Shown here: positions 1 to 10,485 of the stretch, in pieces
Layout of the letters: every line of letters begins with the position of its first letter
Numbering within the stretch: position 1 is the stretch's first letter
Assembly: GCA_964016885.1 (NCBI GenBank)
Contig: OZ024741.1
Location: 317,440,001 to 317,504,000, forward strand
Reading direction: 5' to 3'
Length of the DNA: 64,000 nucleotides
Origin: Eledone cirrhosa
Lineage: Eukaryota
Program-made: the position numbers and the translations under genes
The notes under the pieces: generated by a model
Told to the model about the DNA's origin: nothing
The model's database searches: none
What the model saw: the letters and a program-made list of their open reading frames with translations, nothing else

Positions 1-270
1 CCACCACCACCACCACCACCACCACTACTATCACCACCACCACCATCATCACCACCACCACCACCACCATCACCACCACCACCACTATCACCACCACCAC
101 CATCATCACCACCATCATCACCACCACCACCACCACCACCATCACCACCACCACCACCACCACTATCACCACCACCATCACCACCACTATCACCACCACC
201 ATCACCATCACCACCACCACCACCACCACCATCATCATCATCCTCATTACCACCACCATCATCATCATTA
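1..270. repeat. (CAC/CAT)n trinucleotide microsatellite
   Basis: Directly visible; runs off the window start. Confidence 0.95.
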
Positions 271-403
271 ACATATAGTGTCTTCTTCATCTCCTCTATG
301 ATCGTCATGTGAAATCAATATTTATTTTAATATTAATATTCCTACATGCAAGTGTATTGACTTCGATGATGGTGTATTGTGTTACATTGTTTTACTTCTA
401 AAT

Positions 404-585
404 GATAATTGTTTCTACTTTAGGCCCAAGGCCAGCTATTACTCAGTACATTACTGGTACTTTATTTTATCGACCCCATAAGGATGAAAGGCAAAGTTAA
501 CCTTGGCGGGATTTGAACTCAGACTGTAACTATGCTAGAAAGCATGGCGTCCAACCCTCTACCGATACTGCCAATTCACCGCTAA
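404..585 (-). mobile_element. tRNA-derived SINE (family also at 32543, 33798, 33985, 54513)
   Basis: Minus strand has B-box-like GAGTTCAAATCCC, body ...TTTGCCTTTCATCCT..GGGGTCGATAAAATAAAGTACCAGT... and an (ATT)n tail. Five similar copies in the window. Confidence 0.8.
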
Positions 586-702
586 ATGATAATATTCTAA
601 ACACTGTGTCTATGGCATACAATATGTATATCTGTGTGTTTATATGATATATACGTGTGTTTTTATATATATATATATATATATATGGGTGTGTTTATAT
701 AG

Positions 703-2291
703 ACAGACAGATAGATAAATTTCTTTATTAACCACAAGGGTACAAAAGAAGGGGACAAATACAAATGGAGAGTTTACAATATGGTATATGAAAATAAAAC
801 TATTAATAAAATAACAAATAACAATTGATATCCCCAATAGGGGGAGGTGTTACACAGGGGTTGTACACACCCCGAAAAAATGTACAACCCTCATCTCCAG
901 GAGCACCAAGTGTGAGTACTCCCTTCCTCTCTTCCTCTTTTTCCTCAACCTACAGGCTTATATAGAGAGAAAGCCCAACCACTCGGGCCATCTTTGCCAC
1001 ATTCACCCACCTTTTATCAAATTTGCTGGGGTACAGCACCTCTCTCTCCATCCTTATTCTTCTTCCAAAATGATATTTGTAAAAACGAATCAGTTGCTCG
1101 CCGAAGAGAAAGGTGTCTGACCTCAGCCCTTTTAACCTCGTCCACCATATAACCTCTTTCACCATAGCCATAACACAGAGGAAAACCGCCTCTCCATCGT
1201 TTTTGAAGGAGGGTGGCGGTTTGATCATGACAATGGACTCGGTGGTCAACCGGATTGGTCCCACCCGCGACAATAGTCGTTCTACATAGCCCCACAGGTC
1301 GGTAACGCCCGGGCAGTGAACAAATGCGTGCGCGACGGTTTCCTTGTCGCGCACGCATCTCGGACAGATCTATTTCGAAGGGTCCCTACCCGGGCGCCCG
1401 TGTCTGTAGAGCTTGTCTCGAGCTGGTAGAGTTCCTCGGTAGCACTGCCAGGCCAGGGACTTTTGGAAGTTGTCTATTGGTCCCGGGTGGAAGGTCCTAC
1501 CGAACAGACTGGCCAATTCGTCCTCCTCTACGCCTAGAGTTTCTTCGAACGTGTCGTCGCACTTGCTGCGGACCAACCCTCAATAGAATGTCGAAGTGGA
1601 ATCTCCACTGATCGCCGGGTCCGTTTGCCAGAGGACTGTGCGCGCCTGAGCACATTCGATGTGCCAGTCGCCCATTTTCCTCGGTTTTTGCTTGACCCAG
1701 GACTGCAGCTCCGTCAGCAAGACGAGTCGTGGGAAGATTCGCCTCACGAACGGGGCCCACACCAGTTCTCTGGTGAGGAATACGTGGAGGTGCCGCAGCC
1801 TGAGCGCGTGTTTGCGCAGCGTCAGCCACGACATCCCCAGCCCTCCGTTTGAAGGGTGATGGCAGCAGATGGATCTTCTCACCAAAGGAGCCCGTTTCTT
1901 CCAAAGGAATTGGAAGAGTGCGCGCTCCATTTTTGGTGAGCGTTTTGGCTGGACAAGGTACAACGGTCAAGCGGTAGTAGATGACGGACGCTATAAAAGT
2001 GTTCGCCACCTCCGCTCGACCTTTCAAGGATAGTTTGCACTCGGTCCACTTCTGGGTGAGTGCAAACACCTTGGCCGTCACCTCGTTCCAGTTCTTCTCC
2101 ACCTGGAGGTCCGTACCAAACCAGACCTCGAGCAGCTTTACCGGTCCTTCCGTCCAGAGTCCGACGACGCCATCGGAAGGCATCGGTTTGCCTCTCCATG
2201 TTACGAGTTGCAAACCGACGGATTTGTCCCGGTTCAGCTTCGCTCCTGTGAACCTTTCGTATTCCTCCAGTAAGGTGCCGATCTCCCCGAT
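703..2291 (-). mobile_element. 5'-truncated Tx1/L1-group LINE, copy 3 (frameshifted ORF2 C-terminal half, 3' UTR, (CTAT)n tail)
   Basis: ORFs 1497-2366, 1580-1963, 1370-1576 and 950-1354 are successive frame fragments matching the ORF2 at 4150-7578. AATAAA precedes the tail. Confidence 0.92.
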
Positions 2292-2297
2292 TATATA

Positions 2298-3875
2298 GAG
2301 ATAGATAGATAGATAGATATATTTCTTTATTAGCCACAGGGGCACAAAAGAAGGGGACAAATACAAAGGGGGAAGTTTACATACAATAAAAACGTGTAAA
2401 ATGTTATCACAGATGGAATTTAAAAGTTAGTCGATTTTCCCCAATAGAGGGAGACAGTTTATATGGGTAACACAGACCCCCGAAAAAAATGTGCAACCCT
2501 CATCTCCAGGAGTACGAAGAGCTTGTACTCCTTTCCTCTCCTCCTCCTTTTCCTCAACCTACAGGCTGATATAGAGAGAAGGCCCATTCACTCGGGCCAT
2601 TCTCGCCACTTTCACCCACCTTTCATAAAACTTGCTGGGGTACAGCACCTCTCTCTCCATCCTGATTCTTCTTCCAAAGTGGTATTTGAAAAAAAGAATC
2701 AGTTGTTGGCCGGAGAGAAAGGTGTCTGACCTCAGCCCTTTCAACCTTGTCCACCATACAACCTCTTTCGCCATAGCTATCACACAAAGGAAAACCGCCT
2801 CTCCTTCGTTTTTGAAGGAGGGTGGCGGTTTGATCATGACAATGGACTCGGTGGTCAACTGGATTGGTCCCACCCGCGACAATAGTCGTTCCACATAGCC
2901 CCACAGGTCAGTGACGCCCGGGCAGTGTATGAATGCGTGCGCGACGGTTTCTTCGTCTCGCACGCACCTCGGACAGATCTTTTTTGCAGGGTCCCTGCCC
3001 GGGCGCCCATGTCTGTAGAGCTTGTCTCGAACTGGTAGAGCTCCTCGGTAGCACTGCCAGGCCAGGGACTTTTGGAAGTTGTCCATCGGTCCCGGGCGGA
3101 AGGTCCTACCGAACAGACTGGCCAGTTCATCTTCCTCCACGCCTAGAGTTTCACCGAGCGCGTCGTCGCACTTGCTGCGGACCAACCCTCTATAGAATGA
3201 CGAAGTGGAGTCTCCACTGATCGCCGGGTCCGCCTGCCAGAGGGCTGTGAGCGCCTGAGCACATTCGATGTGCCAGTCGCCCATTTTCCTCGGTCTCTGC
3301 TTGACCCAGGACTGCAGCTCGGTCAGCGAGACGAGTCGTGGGAAGGCTCGCCTCACGAACGGGGCCCACACCGGTTGTCCGGTGAGGAATACGTAGAGAT
3401 GCCGCAGCCTGAGCGCGTGTTTGCGCATCGTCAACCACGGCATCCCCAGCCCTCCGTTAGAAGGGTGTTGGCAGCAGATGGATCTTCTTACCAAAGGAGC
3501 CCGCCTCTTCCAAAGGAATCGGAAGAGGGCGCGCTCCATTTTGGCGAGCGTTTTGGCTGGACAAGGCACGACGGTCAAGCGGTAGTAGATGGCGGACGCT
3601 ATAAAAGTGTTCGCCACCTCCGCTCGACCTTTCAAGGATAGTTTGCACTCGGCCCACTTCTGGGTGAGTGCAAACACCTTGGCCGTCACTTCGTTCCAGT
3701 TCTTCTCCACCTGGAGGTCCGGACCAAACCAGACCCCGAGCAGCTTTACCGGTCCTTCCGTCCAGCGTCCGACGACGCCATCGGAAGGCATCGGTCTGCC
3801 TCTCCACGATCCGAGTTGCAAACCGATGGACTTGTCCCGGTTCAGCTTCGCTCCTGTGAGACTTTCGTATTCCTT

Positions 3876-3876
<1 letters not shown>
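2298..3876 (-). mobile_element. 5'-truncated Tx1/L1-group LINE, copy 2 (open ORF2 C-terminal 420 aa, 3' UTR, (CTAT)n tail)
   Basis: ORF 2559-3821 aligns by eye to the ORF2 C-terminus (GGLGMPW; CPRC..ETVAH..HC zinc finger). Confidence 0.93.
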
Positions 3877-3918
<42 letters not shown>

Positions 3919-4149
3919 ATTTCTATTTATTTGCCACGAGGGCACAAAAGAAGGGGACATTTACACAGTGGGGGAGTTTACATAAATCGAGTAAAGAAAA
4001 AAGGAATAACAATAATAATATAACAATAAAAAGTCCTCAAAAGGGAGGGGGCGTGTTGGGGATTGCACATACCCCCGAAAAGTGTGCAACTCTTTTCGCG
4101 GGGGAAACCCAGAGAGGAGGCGCTCCCCCTTTCCTCTTCACTTCTTCAC

Positions 4150-7100
4150 CTACAGAACAATGTAGAGAGAAGGCCCATTTACACGGGCCATTCTCGCTTC
4201 TTTCACCCACCTTTCATAAAACTGTCTGGGACCAAGCACTTCTCTCTCCATCCTGATTCTTCTTCCGAAGTGGTATCGGAAGAAGTAAACCAGGTGATGG
4301 CCGGAGAGAAAGTCACCCGACCTCAGACCTTTCAGGCGCGTCCACCACACAACCTCTTTCATCATGGCTATTACGCACAGAAAGACCGCCTCTGCTTCAT
4401 TTCTGAAGGGAGGAGGCGGCTTGATGTTCACCACAGACTCGGCGGTTAATCGAATCGGCGCCACACGCGACAGCAGTCGTTCGACGTAGCCCCACAGATC
4501 GGCAACGCCCGGGCAGTGTACCAGTGCATGCGCAACGGTTTCCTCGTCGCGCACGCATCTGGGACAGATCTTTTTCGCGGGATCCCTGCCCGGGCGCCCG
4601 TGTCTGTAGAGCTTTTCTCGAACGGGCAGAGCCCCCCGGTAACACTGCCAGGCTAGGGACCTCTGGAAGTTGTCCATGGGTCCCGGGCCGAAAGTTCTAC
4701 CGAACAGGCTGGCCAGTTCGTCCTCCTCCATGCCTAGCGACTCTCCAAGGGTGTCGTCGCCCCTGCTAGCCACCAACCCTCTATAGAATGTCGAGGTGGA
4801 TTCTCCACTGACAGTCGGGTCCGCTTGCCAGATAGCCGTGAGCGCCTGGGCACACTCAGTGTGCCAGTTGCCCAGTTTTCTCGGTCTTTGCTTCACCCAG
4901 GATTGCAGTTCGGTGAGCGAGACGAGCTGTGGGAAGGCTCGCCTCACAAACGGGGCCCACACCGGCTGACCGTTGAGGAATACCTGTAGATGCCGTAGCC
5001 TCAATGCGTGCCTACGCATCAACAGCCACGGCATACCCAGCCCTCCTTTCGAAGGGTGCTGGCAGCAGATGGATCTCCTCACCATGGGAGGCCGCTTCTT
5101 CCAGAGGAACTGGAAGAGCATGCGTTCCATGATGGTGAGCTTTTCCTTGGGGCAAGGCACGACGGTCAGGCGGTAGTAGATGACGGACGCTATGTAAGCG
5201 TTCGTCACCTCCGCCCGACCTTTCAGTGATAGTTTGCACTTGGCCCACTTCTGGGTCAGCGCAAACACCCTGCTCGTCACCTCGCCCCAATTCTTCTCCA
5301 CCTGGAGGTCCGGTCCGAACCAGACCCCGAGCAGCTTCACCGGGCCCTCCGTCCACCGCCCGACGACACCGTCTAACGGCATCGGTTTGCCCCTCCACGT
5401 TCCGAGTTGCAAACCGACTGACTTGTCCCGGTTCAGCTTAGCCCCCGTCAGCCTTTCGTATTCCTCCAGTAGGGTGGCGATCGCCCCGATTTCCGAGGCG
5501 TCCGCCACCATTACTGTTACGTCGTCGGCATAAGCCGAGACCGCTTTGTGCAATCCCGGTTCCAGGGGTATGCCCCGCAGCAACTCCAACTTCCGCAGCA
5601 GTGGCTCGAGAGTCAATACGTACAGAAGGGAGGAGAGGGGGCACCCCTGTCTGATGGATCGGGTGATTTGAAACGGCTCCGAGAGGTAGCCGTTTACTTT
5701 AATCCTAGAGTAGATGTTGCCACTGTGCATGGCAGAAATCCAGCCCCTGAAAACGGGTCCGAAGCCCGCCGCCGCTAGCACCGCATCCAGGTAACCATGG
5801 TCGACCCTATCGAACGCCTTAGATTGATCCAAGTTGATCAGGGCCCCACCAAAGCCGGGTTCGTAGCCAACCCTCTCTATGATGTATCGCATGAGGTGGA
5901 GGTTGTCGTGAATGGACCTGGACGGGATAGCGCATGTCTGCGCGTCTCCCACCAAACCACCCACCACAAGCGCCAACCTCTTCGCCAACACCTTGGCCAA
6001 AATCTGTAACTCTGCATTCAGCAGAGTTATGGGCCTAAAGTTACTTAAGTCGTCCCCCTTGCTCTCGTCCTTCCTCACTAGCGTGACCACGCCCTTGGTC
6101 ACAGAACAGGGAATTCTCCCGTTCTGTTGCCAGTTGCAATAGACAGCCTCGAGGAGTTCGGAGAACAAGACCGGCATAGCTAAATAAAGTTCGTATGGTA
6201 GACCATCGAGACCCGGGGATTTGCGTCTGCTGCATTGGCTGAGCGCTTCCCCGATTTCAGTGGCTGTGATTGGCCCTTCGCAGCACTCCGCTTCGCCGCT
6301 CGAAAGACGCGGTAGACCGTCGAGGTATGGACCGAAGTCCACATCCCCGTCCGGCCCCCCGCCACCTCCGAACAGTCGAGCAAAGTGCCTTTGAAAGGTC
6401 TCGCACATTCGCTCAGGTTCAAGGATCACCCGTCCATCCTGGTCTCGCAAAGACCGAATGGTGGATTTAATCCCACTCTTGGCTTCTGTCACGCGGGCCC
6501 AGCTAACAGCTTTGGTCCCCTCGTTTCCTAAAGCACGTATTTTACTTCGGACAACGCAGCCTTCGTGCTTCGCGTCAAAGAACTGGCTCAATGCCGTTCT
6601 CGTCGCTAACACTCTGGCTACGTCTCCGCTCCTAATCGCCTCTTCTAGTTTATCTGTTAACTCCCTTTCCCTCCTATTTCTATTCACCGCTAGTTCCTTA
6701 CTGTAACCTATCGAACTTACTCTAATCTCTCTCTTTAGAGATATCCACCACCTACTGTTGACGATCGCTCCCGTCAACCGCATCTTAACTAAGCTACTAA
6801 TCCGGTTTCTGTAATCTTTCTTTGTCGGTAAGGACAAGTTCATCTTCCAGTAACCGGGACCCTGTCTATGCGTTCTATCAAGGTTGACCACGCAGGTCAC
6901 TAATTTGTGATCTGAATAGCCAACCATGATCAGTTCTGGACAACTAAATACGTCCCTATCCTTACTCCTAACCAAAAACCTATCTAGGTACGATCTAGAT
7001 TGTCCACTGCGGTTTGCCCAGGTCCAGGTTGGCGCAGTTGGACAATCTAGTCGAAATCTATCGACCAGGTCGAATCGATCGAGTAACCCCTTGAGGCTGC

Positions 7101-7578
7101 TACACCCCCCTCTATCGGGACATGCCCCTGCATAGTCCCAACGCGCATCTAGGATTCCATTCCAGTCCCCCACTAAAAGCAGGGAACGCGACGTTCCTAG
7201 AAAAGTCTCCAGACGTTGGAAGAAGTCGGCTCTCTCCGCCCCGAAGGGAGCATAAAGACCGACCAGTCTGAAAGCCCCGCCTTCACCACCTCCGACGTCC
7301 AGCACCAGTAATCGACCCCCCGGGTCCGAGTGAACAATCTGTACGTCGAGAGTCAGACGTTTATCCAGCAGTAAGGCAACTCCCCCCCCGCCTCCGGGTT
7401 GACAGAGAGATGCGTGCATCTCAAAGTCATCGAAGGCGGGCGCCAGCTGTCTCACGCTGCTGATCCGACTCTCGCAAACAACCATCACATCTATACTTTG
7501 TGACCTGAGGTCACTTAGAAGCTTTGCTTGCTTCCAAGCTGAGCTCAGGCCACGCGCGTTCAAACAGCCAACTCTCAA
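4150..7578 (-). CDS. LINE ORF2: APE endonuclease, reverse transcriptase and C-terminal CCHC finger (no ATG at the start)
   Basis: Uninterrupted 1142 codons. APE motifs: LNARGL, GDWN, SYLDRF, SDH. RT motifs: [40 protein letters not shown]. Zinc finger: CPRC...H...HC. Confidence 0.95.
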   Translation of the reverse strand: MRVGCLNARGLSSAWKQAKLLSDLRSQSIDVMVVCESRISSVRQLAPAFDDFEMHASLCQPGGGGGVALLLDKRLTLDVQIVHSDPGGRLLVLDVGGGEGGAFRLVGLYAPFGAERADFFQRLETFLGTSRSLLLVGDWNGILDARWDYAGACPDRGGCSSLKGLLDRFDLVDRFRLDCPTAPTWTWANRSGQSRSYLDRFLVRSKDRDVFSCPELIMVGYSDHKLVTCVVNLDRTHRQGPGYWKMNLSLPTKKDYRNRISSLVKMRLTGAIVNSRWWISLKREIRVSSIGYSKELAVNRNRRERELTDKLEEAIRSGDVARVLATRTALSQFFDAKHEGCVVRSKIRALGNEGTKAVSWARVTEAKSGIKSTIRSLRDQDGRVILEPERMCETFQRHFARLFGGGGGPDGDVDFGPYLDGLPRLSSGEAECCEGPITATEIGEALSQCSRRKSPGLDGLPYELYLAMPVLFSELLEAVYCNWQQNGRIPCSVTKGVVTLVRKDESKGDDLSNFRPITLLNAELQILAKVLAKRLALVVGGLVGDAQTCAIPSRSIHDNLHLMRYIIERVGYEPGFGGALINLDQSKAFDRVDHGYLDAVLAAAGFGPVFRGWISAMHSGNIYSRIKVNGYLSEPFQITRSIRQGCPLSSLLYVLTLEPLLRKLELLRGIPLEPGLHKAVSAYADDVTVMVADASEIGAIATLLEEYERLTGAKLNRDKSVGLQLGTWRGKPMPLDGVVGRWTEGPVKLLGVWFGPDLQVEKNWGEVTSRVFALTQKWAKCKLSLKGRAEVTNAYIASVIYYRLTVVPCPKEKLTIMERMLFQFLWKKRPPMVRRSICCQHPSKGGLGMPWLLMRRHALRLRHLQVFLNGQPVWAPFVRRAFPQLVSLTELQSWVKQRPRKLGNWHTECAQALTAIWQADPTVSGESTSTFYRGLVASRGDDTLGESLGMEEDELASLFGRTFGPGPMDNFQRSLAWQCYRGALPVREKLYRHGRPGRDPAKKICPRCVRDEETVAHALVHCPGVADLWGYVERLLSRVAPIRLTAESVVNIKPPPPFRNEAEAVFLCVIAMMKEVVWWTRLKGLRSGDFLSGHHLVYFFRYHFGRRIRMEREVLGPRQFYERWVKEARMARVNGPSLYIVL

Positions 7579-7583
7579 TTGAT

Positions 7584-9419
7584 CTATTTTGGTGTTGAAA
7601 GTGAAGAAAGAAAAGCACTTACCTCTCCGGGTTGCGTAATTTCCATGGCATCAGGTGTGTTGGGTGGAGGGATGTTTTGTGGTGATGTGGGGGTACACGT
7701 GTGTGGTGTGGTTGGGGTATTTGGAGTTGTGTCAGGGAGAGGGGCGGTTATGGGGAAATCTTTCAAGAGGACGCGATTCAACGGTTTTAAACAGGGGGGG
7801 CTCACGTCCCGTCTAAATTGTTCTTTTAAGGAACGATAAAGGTCCAGAGGGACCTTTATCATTTTTAAATGGGTGAAGTTCTCTGTTGAGATAAAGTTTG
7901 GCCCTTCGGTCTGCACCATAGGGTTATTGTTTATTAATTTAACCAGTTTTTTGTTTTCTTTATTTATATATGTGTATTGCAACGTCTTTTTTTGTGATGC
8001 TGTCAATGTTTCGGAGAGGGGAGGCGCAGATTTATTTTTGTTTGTTGAGGGTGGGGTGTTTTTGATTGGAGTTGGTGTTTGTGTGTGGGTTATTTGTGGT
8101 GTGCTGGGTGTGTGTTTTCTTTTTTTTCTTTTAACTTGTCTGAAGGCTTCTCCTCCTTCTTCTTCAGAAGTTGGGGGAAACTCTTCAGCGCTAGGTGGGA
8201 GGGACGTGTTGTGTGGTTGTTTTTTTTTTGCGGGAGGGGTAGATTTGTTACTGTTTTTTTTATTATTTGTTTGGAATGGGTTTTGTGGTGGTGGTGGTGG
8301 TAATGTTTGTGTCGTGCTTGTGGTTGGTAATGGTGGTGGTGATGTTTGTGTTGTGGTTGGTGGTGGTGATTTTTGTGTCGTGCTTGTGTTTGGTGCTGGT
8401 GGTGGTGATGTTTGTGTTGTGTTTGTGGTTGGTGGTGTCTGTATTTTGTTTGCTGTGTGTGGTATTAGTGTATTTTTGGAGGTGGGTGGTGCTGGTGTAC
8501 TGTTTGTGGTGGGTGTGGGCAATAGTCCTTTTTGGGGGATACGTTTCGGGCAGTTAGCCTTAACGTGTCCCCTTTCCATGCATAAATAGCATGCTGGTCT
8601 TCTCCCCTCTACAATTATGTCTATTGGGGTAAGGTCATCCAGCCAGATGCGATCCGGGATTTGTGCTATTCTTTCGGGCCTCATTTGGACTAGTATGTCG
8701 AGGCCCATTCCCAGGAACGCATCTCCAGTTGCCTTCCCCATTGACAGCATAGTGTCTTCGCCCATATCAATGAAGCCAGCAATAGCCCACCAGAAGTCCA
8801 TTGTGGGCAGCATTGTTTTTACTTTTATTCTCTGTGTTCTTCTACCCATGTAGGAGGGATAGAAGCTATATGTTGTCGACGAGAGTGGGCTTAGGGAAAG
8901 CTGAACCGCCGTTTCTTTGTCTCTTGTTAGGACCGAAATGCTGCCATAGAGTCGGTCCTTTCGTATGAAGAGAATATTCTTCATATAGTCTTTTAGGACT
9001 AACTCTATTTCCATTTGGCTGGGCTGTGCTGGCTTTCTTGACTGGTTTAGTATAGTTCTGTATATAACTGTGTTTTCTGCTCTGGCTTTCTTGAATTCTG
9101 GGGGGGAGTTAATGGAAAACATTCCGTTCTCCCCCAAAACAATATGTTTCTTTGCTTCGGCCAGTTTTTCTCTGGCGGCAGTTAGGTCAATTGGTGTGTA
9201 TGTAATGGATTGCTTTGTTTTCTGGGCGAAAGTTGCCCTGTCGTTATTTGTATTATTTTCTGTTTGTTTGTTTTCTGTTTGCTCATTTTCCTTAACATTT
9301 GTTTTTTCATTTTGTTTGTTTGTTTCAATGTCTAATTTTGTTGTAATTATTTTTTGTTCTTCAGACTTGGGGGGCGTGGCAGAGCTAATGGCAGACATGT
9401 CTGCCATCTTTTCCGCCAT
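7584..9419 (-). CDS. LINE ORF1 (gag-like nucleic-acid-binding protein with CCHC zinc knuckle and Pro/Thr-rich tail)
   Basis: CYLCMERGHVKANC knuckle; lies directly upstream of ORF2; first ATG at 9419 (MAEKMADMSA). Confidence 0.88.
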   Translation of the reverse strand: MAEKMADMSAISSATPPKSEEQKIITTKLDIETNKQNEKTNVKENEQTENKQTENNTNNDRATFAQKTKQSITYTPIDLTAAREKLAEAKKHIVLGENGMFSINSPPEFKKARAENTVIYRTILNQSRKPAQPSQMEIELVLKDYMKNILFIRKDRLYGSISVLTRDKETAVQLSLSPLSSTTYSFYPSYMGRRTQRIKVKTMLPTMDFWWAIAGFIDMGEDTMLSMGKATGDAFLGMGLDILVQMRPERIAQIPDRIWLDDLTPIDIIVEGRRPACYLCMERGHVKANCPKRIPQKGLLPTPTTNSTPAPPTSKNTLIPHTANKIQTPPTTNTTQTSPPPAPNTSTTQKSPPPTTTQTSPPPLPTTSTTQTLPPPPPQNPFQTNNKKNSNKSTPPAKKKQPHNTSLPPSAEEFPPTSEEEGGEAFRQVKRKKRKHTPSTPQITHTQTPTPIKNTPPSTNKNKSAPPLSETLTASQKKTLQYTYINKENKKLVKLINNNPMVQTEGPNFISTENFTHLKMIKVPLDLYRSLKEQFRRDVSPPCLKPLNRVLLKDFPITAPLPDTTPNTPTTPHTCTPTSPQNIPPPNTPDAMEITQPGEVSAFLSSLSTPK

Positions 9420-9642
9420 GCTGCCAAGAAAGAAATTTTTCGGCAAAAATAGATATTTATTTTACCCCCTAAAAAGGGGGTAAATGCAAAAATGTTTCCC
9501 TAAATAACAGGGGTTAGTGTTCCAAATGTGTTGCACTAAAAAATTTATCCGGTACTTACAATAGTAAGGGTAAATCCCGATGGAATAGCGGAGCCGATGC
9601 GAAGCGTGTCTTACTCTATCAAGATAGATAGATAGATAGATA

Positions 9643-9772
9643 GAGTAATAATAATAATAAATTTGAAGACTAAAATCCAAAGAGGGCTCGATAAGGATAA
9701 ATATATATCAAAATATCAAATATATAAGAACCCTAGAGCAAATATTTATTAAAATAACAGATTAAAGTTTAA
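9643..9772 (-). mobile_element. Short retroelement 3'-end fragment (probably Penelope-like); reverse-complement copy of 16207-16323
   Basis: Near-identical to the reverse complement of 16207-16323, including AATAAA and an ATTATTACT tail. Confidence 0.6.
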
Positions 9773-9785
9773 TTTATTTTAATAA

Positions 9786-9823
<38 letters not shown>

Positions 9824-9866
9824 TTCAAAATATTAACAAAAAATAGAACTCTTGTGATCAAGTATA

Positions 9867-9929
9867 TTTTATTATACATATTTCAAAGGTACTGGGCTAA
9901 CTTCAACAGTACGTCCTCATCAGATAAAA
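9867..9929 (-). ncRNA. Minimal type-I hammerhead ribozyme (Penelope pLTR remnant)
   Basis: Minus strand reads UUUUAU-CUGAUGA-GGACGUACUG..CAGUACCUUU-GAAA-UAUGUA-UA-AUAAAA; stems I and II pair. Confidence 0.65.
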
Positions 9930-10075
9930 TAAGATGATGCATGACATACCCTGACATAGTAGATGGTTAAGATGCAGTCATGTATCACTGTTTTCTAACA
10001 AAAGAAATAAAACCCTTACATTGCCAACAACCTGTTCTAATACTGGGGTTAGTTATTTTCCCGCCCCCCCCCCCT

Positions 10076-10366
10076 TCTAATATATAGAGGCCCCTCTTGC
10101 TGACCAGGGTAATCAAAGTGTAAACTATCATACAAACCTTCATAATCTGCATTTTCAAACTTGCATATCATCGACATTGCTATTTCGCTGTTAATAAACA
10201 ACGCTTTTCACGTCGTTCCACTTCTCATTGTACGCCGTCCAGCCCAAAGTGCATATTTTTATTTTTTTTCCTGAAACTGCTTCTTTATAATAAACTTTCA
10301 ATAATATTTTTCAAATTATTAACTTAATAAAAAGTGGCCCCGGGTGCAACCGGGCTCAGCTGCTAG
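10076..10366 (+). mobile_element. Short non-autonomous Helitron (3' end clear, 5' end tentative)
   Basis: GC-rich subterminal hairpin CCCGGGTGCAACCGGG about 10 nt before a terminal CTAG followed by T. Candidate 5' TC at 10076. Confidence 0.55.
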
Positions 10367-10485
10367 TATTATAATATTATGAGACCAACTCATAATATTA
10401 TAATATTATAAAATGTAAAAAAAAATGTTTAACACAGTGAAGTCATTCTTTTCCCTTTTTTATTCAAATATATTTTCAAATATAT

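Larger units (their letters stand above)
3877..9622 (-). mobile_element. Full-length two-ORF Tx1/L1-group non-LTR retrotransposon
   Basis: About 200-bp 5' UTR, ORF1, ORF2, 3' UTR and AATAAA, flanked on both sides by (CTAT)n. Confidence 0.93.

Noticed and set aside
7584-7622. 39-nt intron (GAG|GTAAGT..polypyrimidine..TAG) fusing ORF1 to ORF2
   Set aside because: Splicing keeps the ORF1 frame and reaches TGA three codons later; nearby AG acceptors also give the wrong frame.
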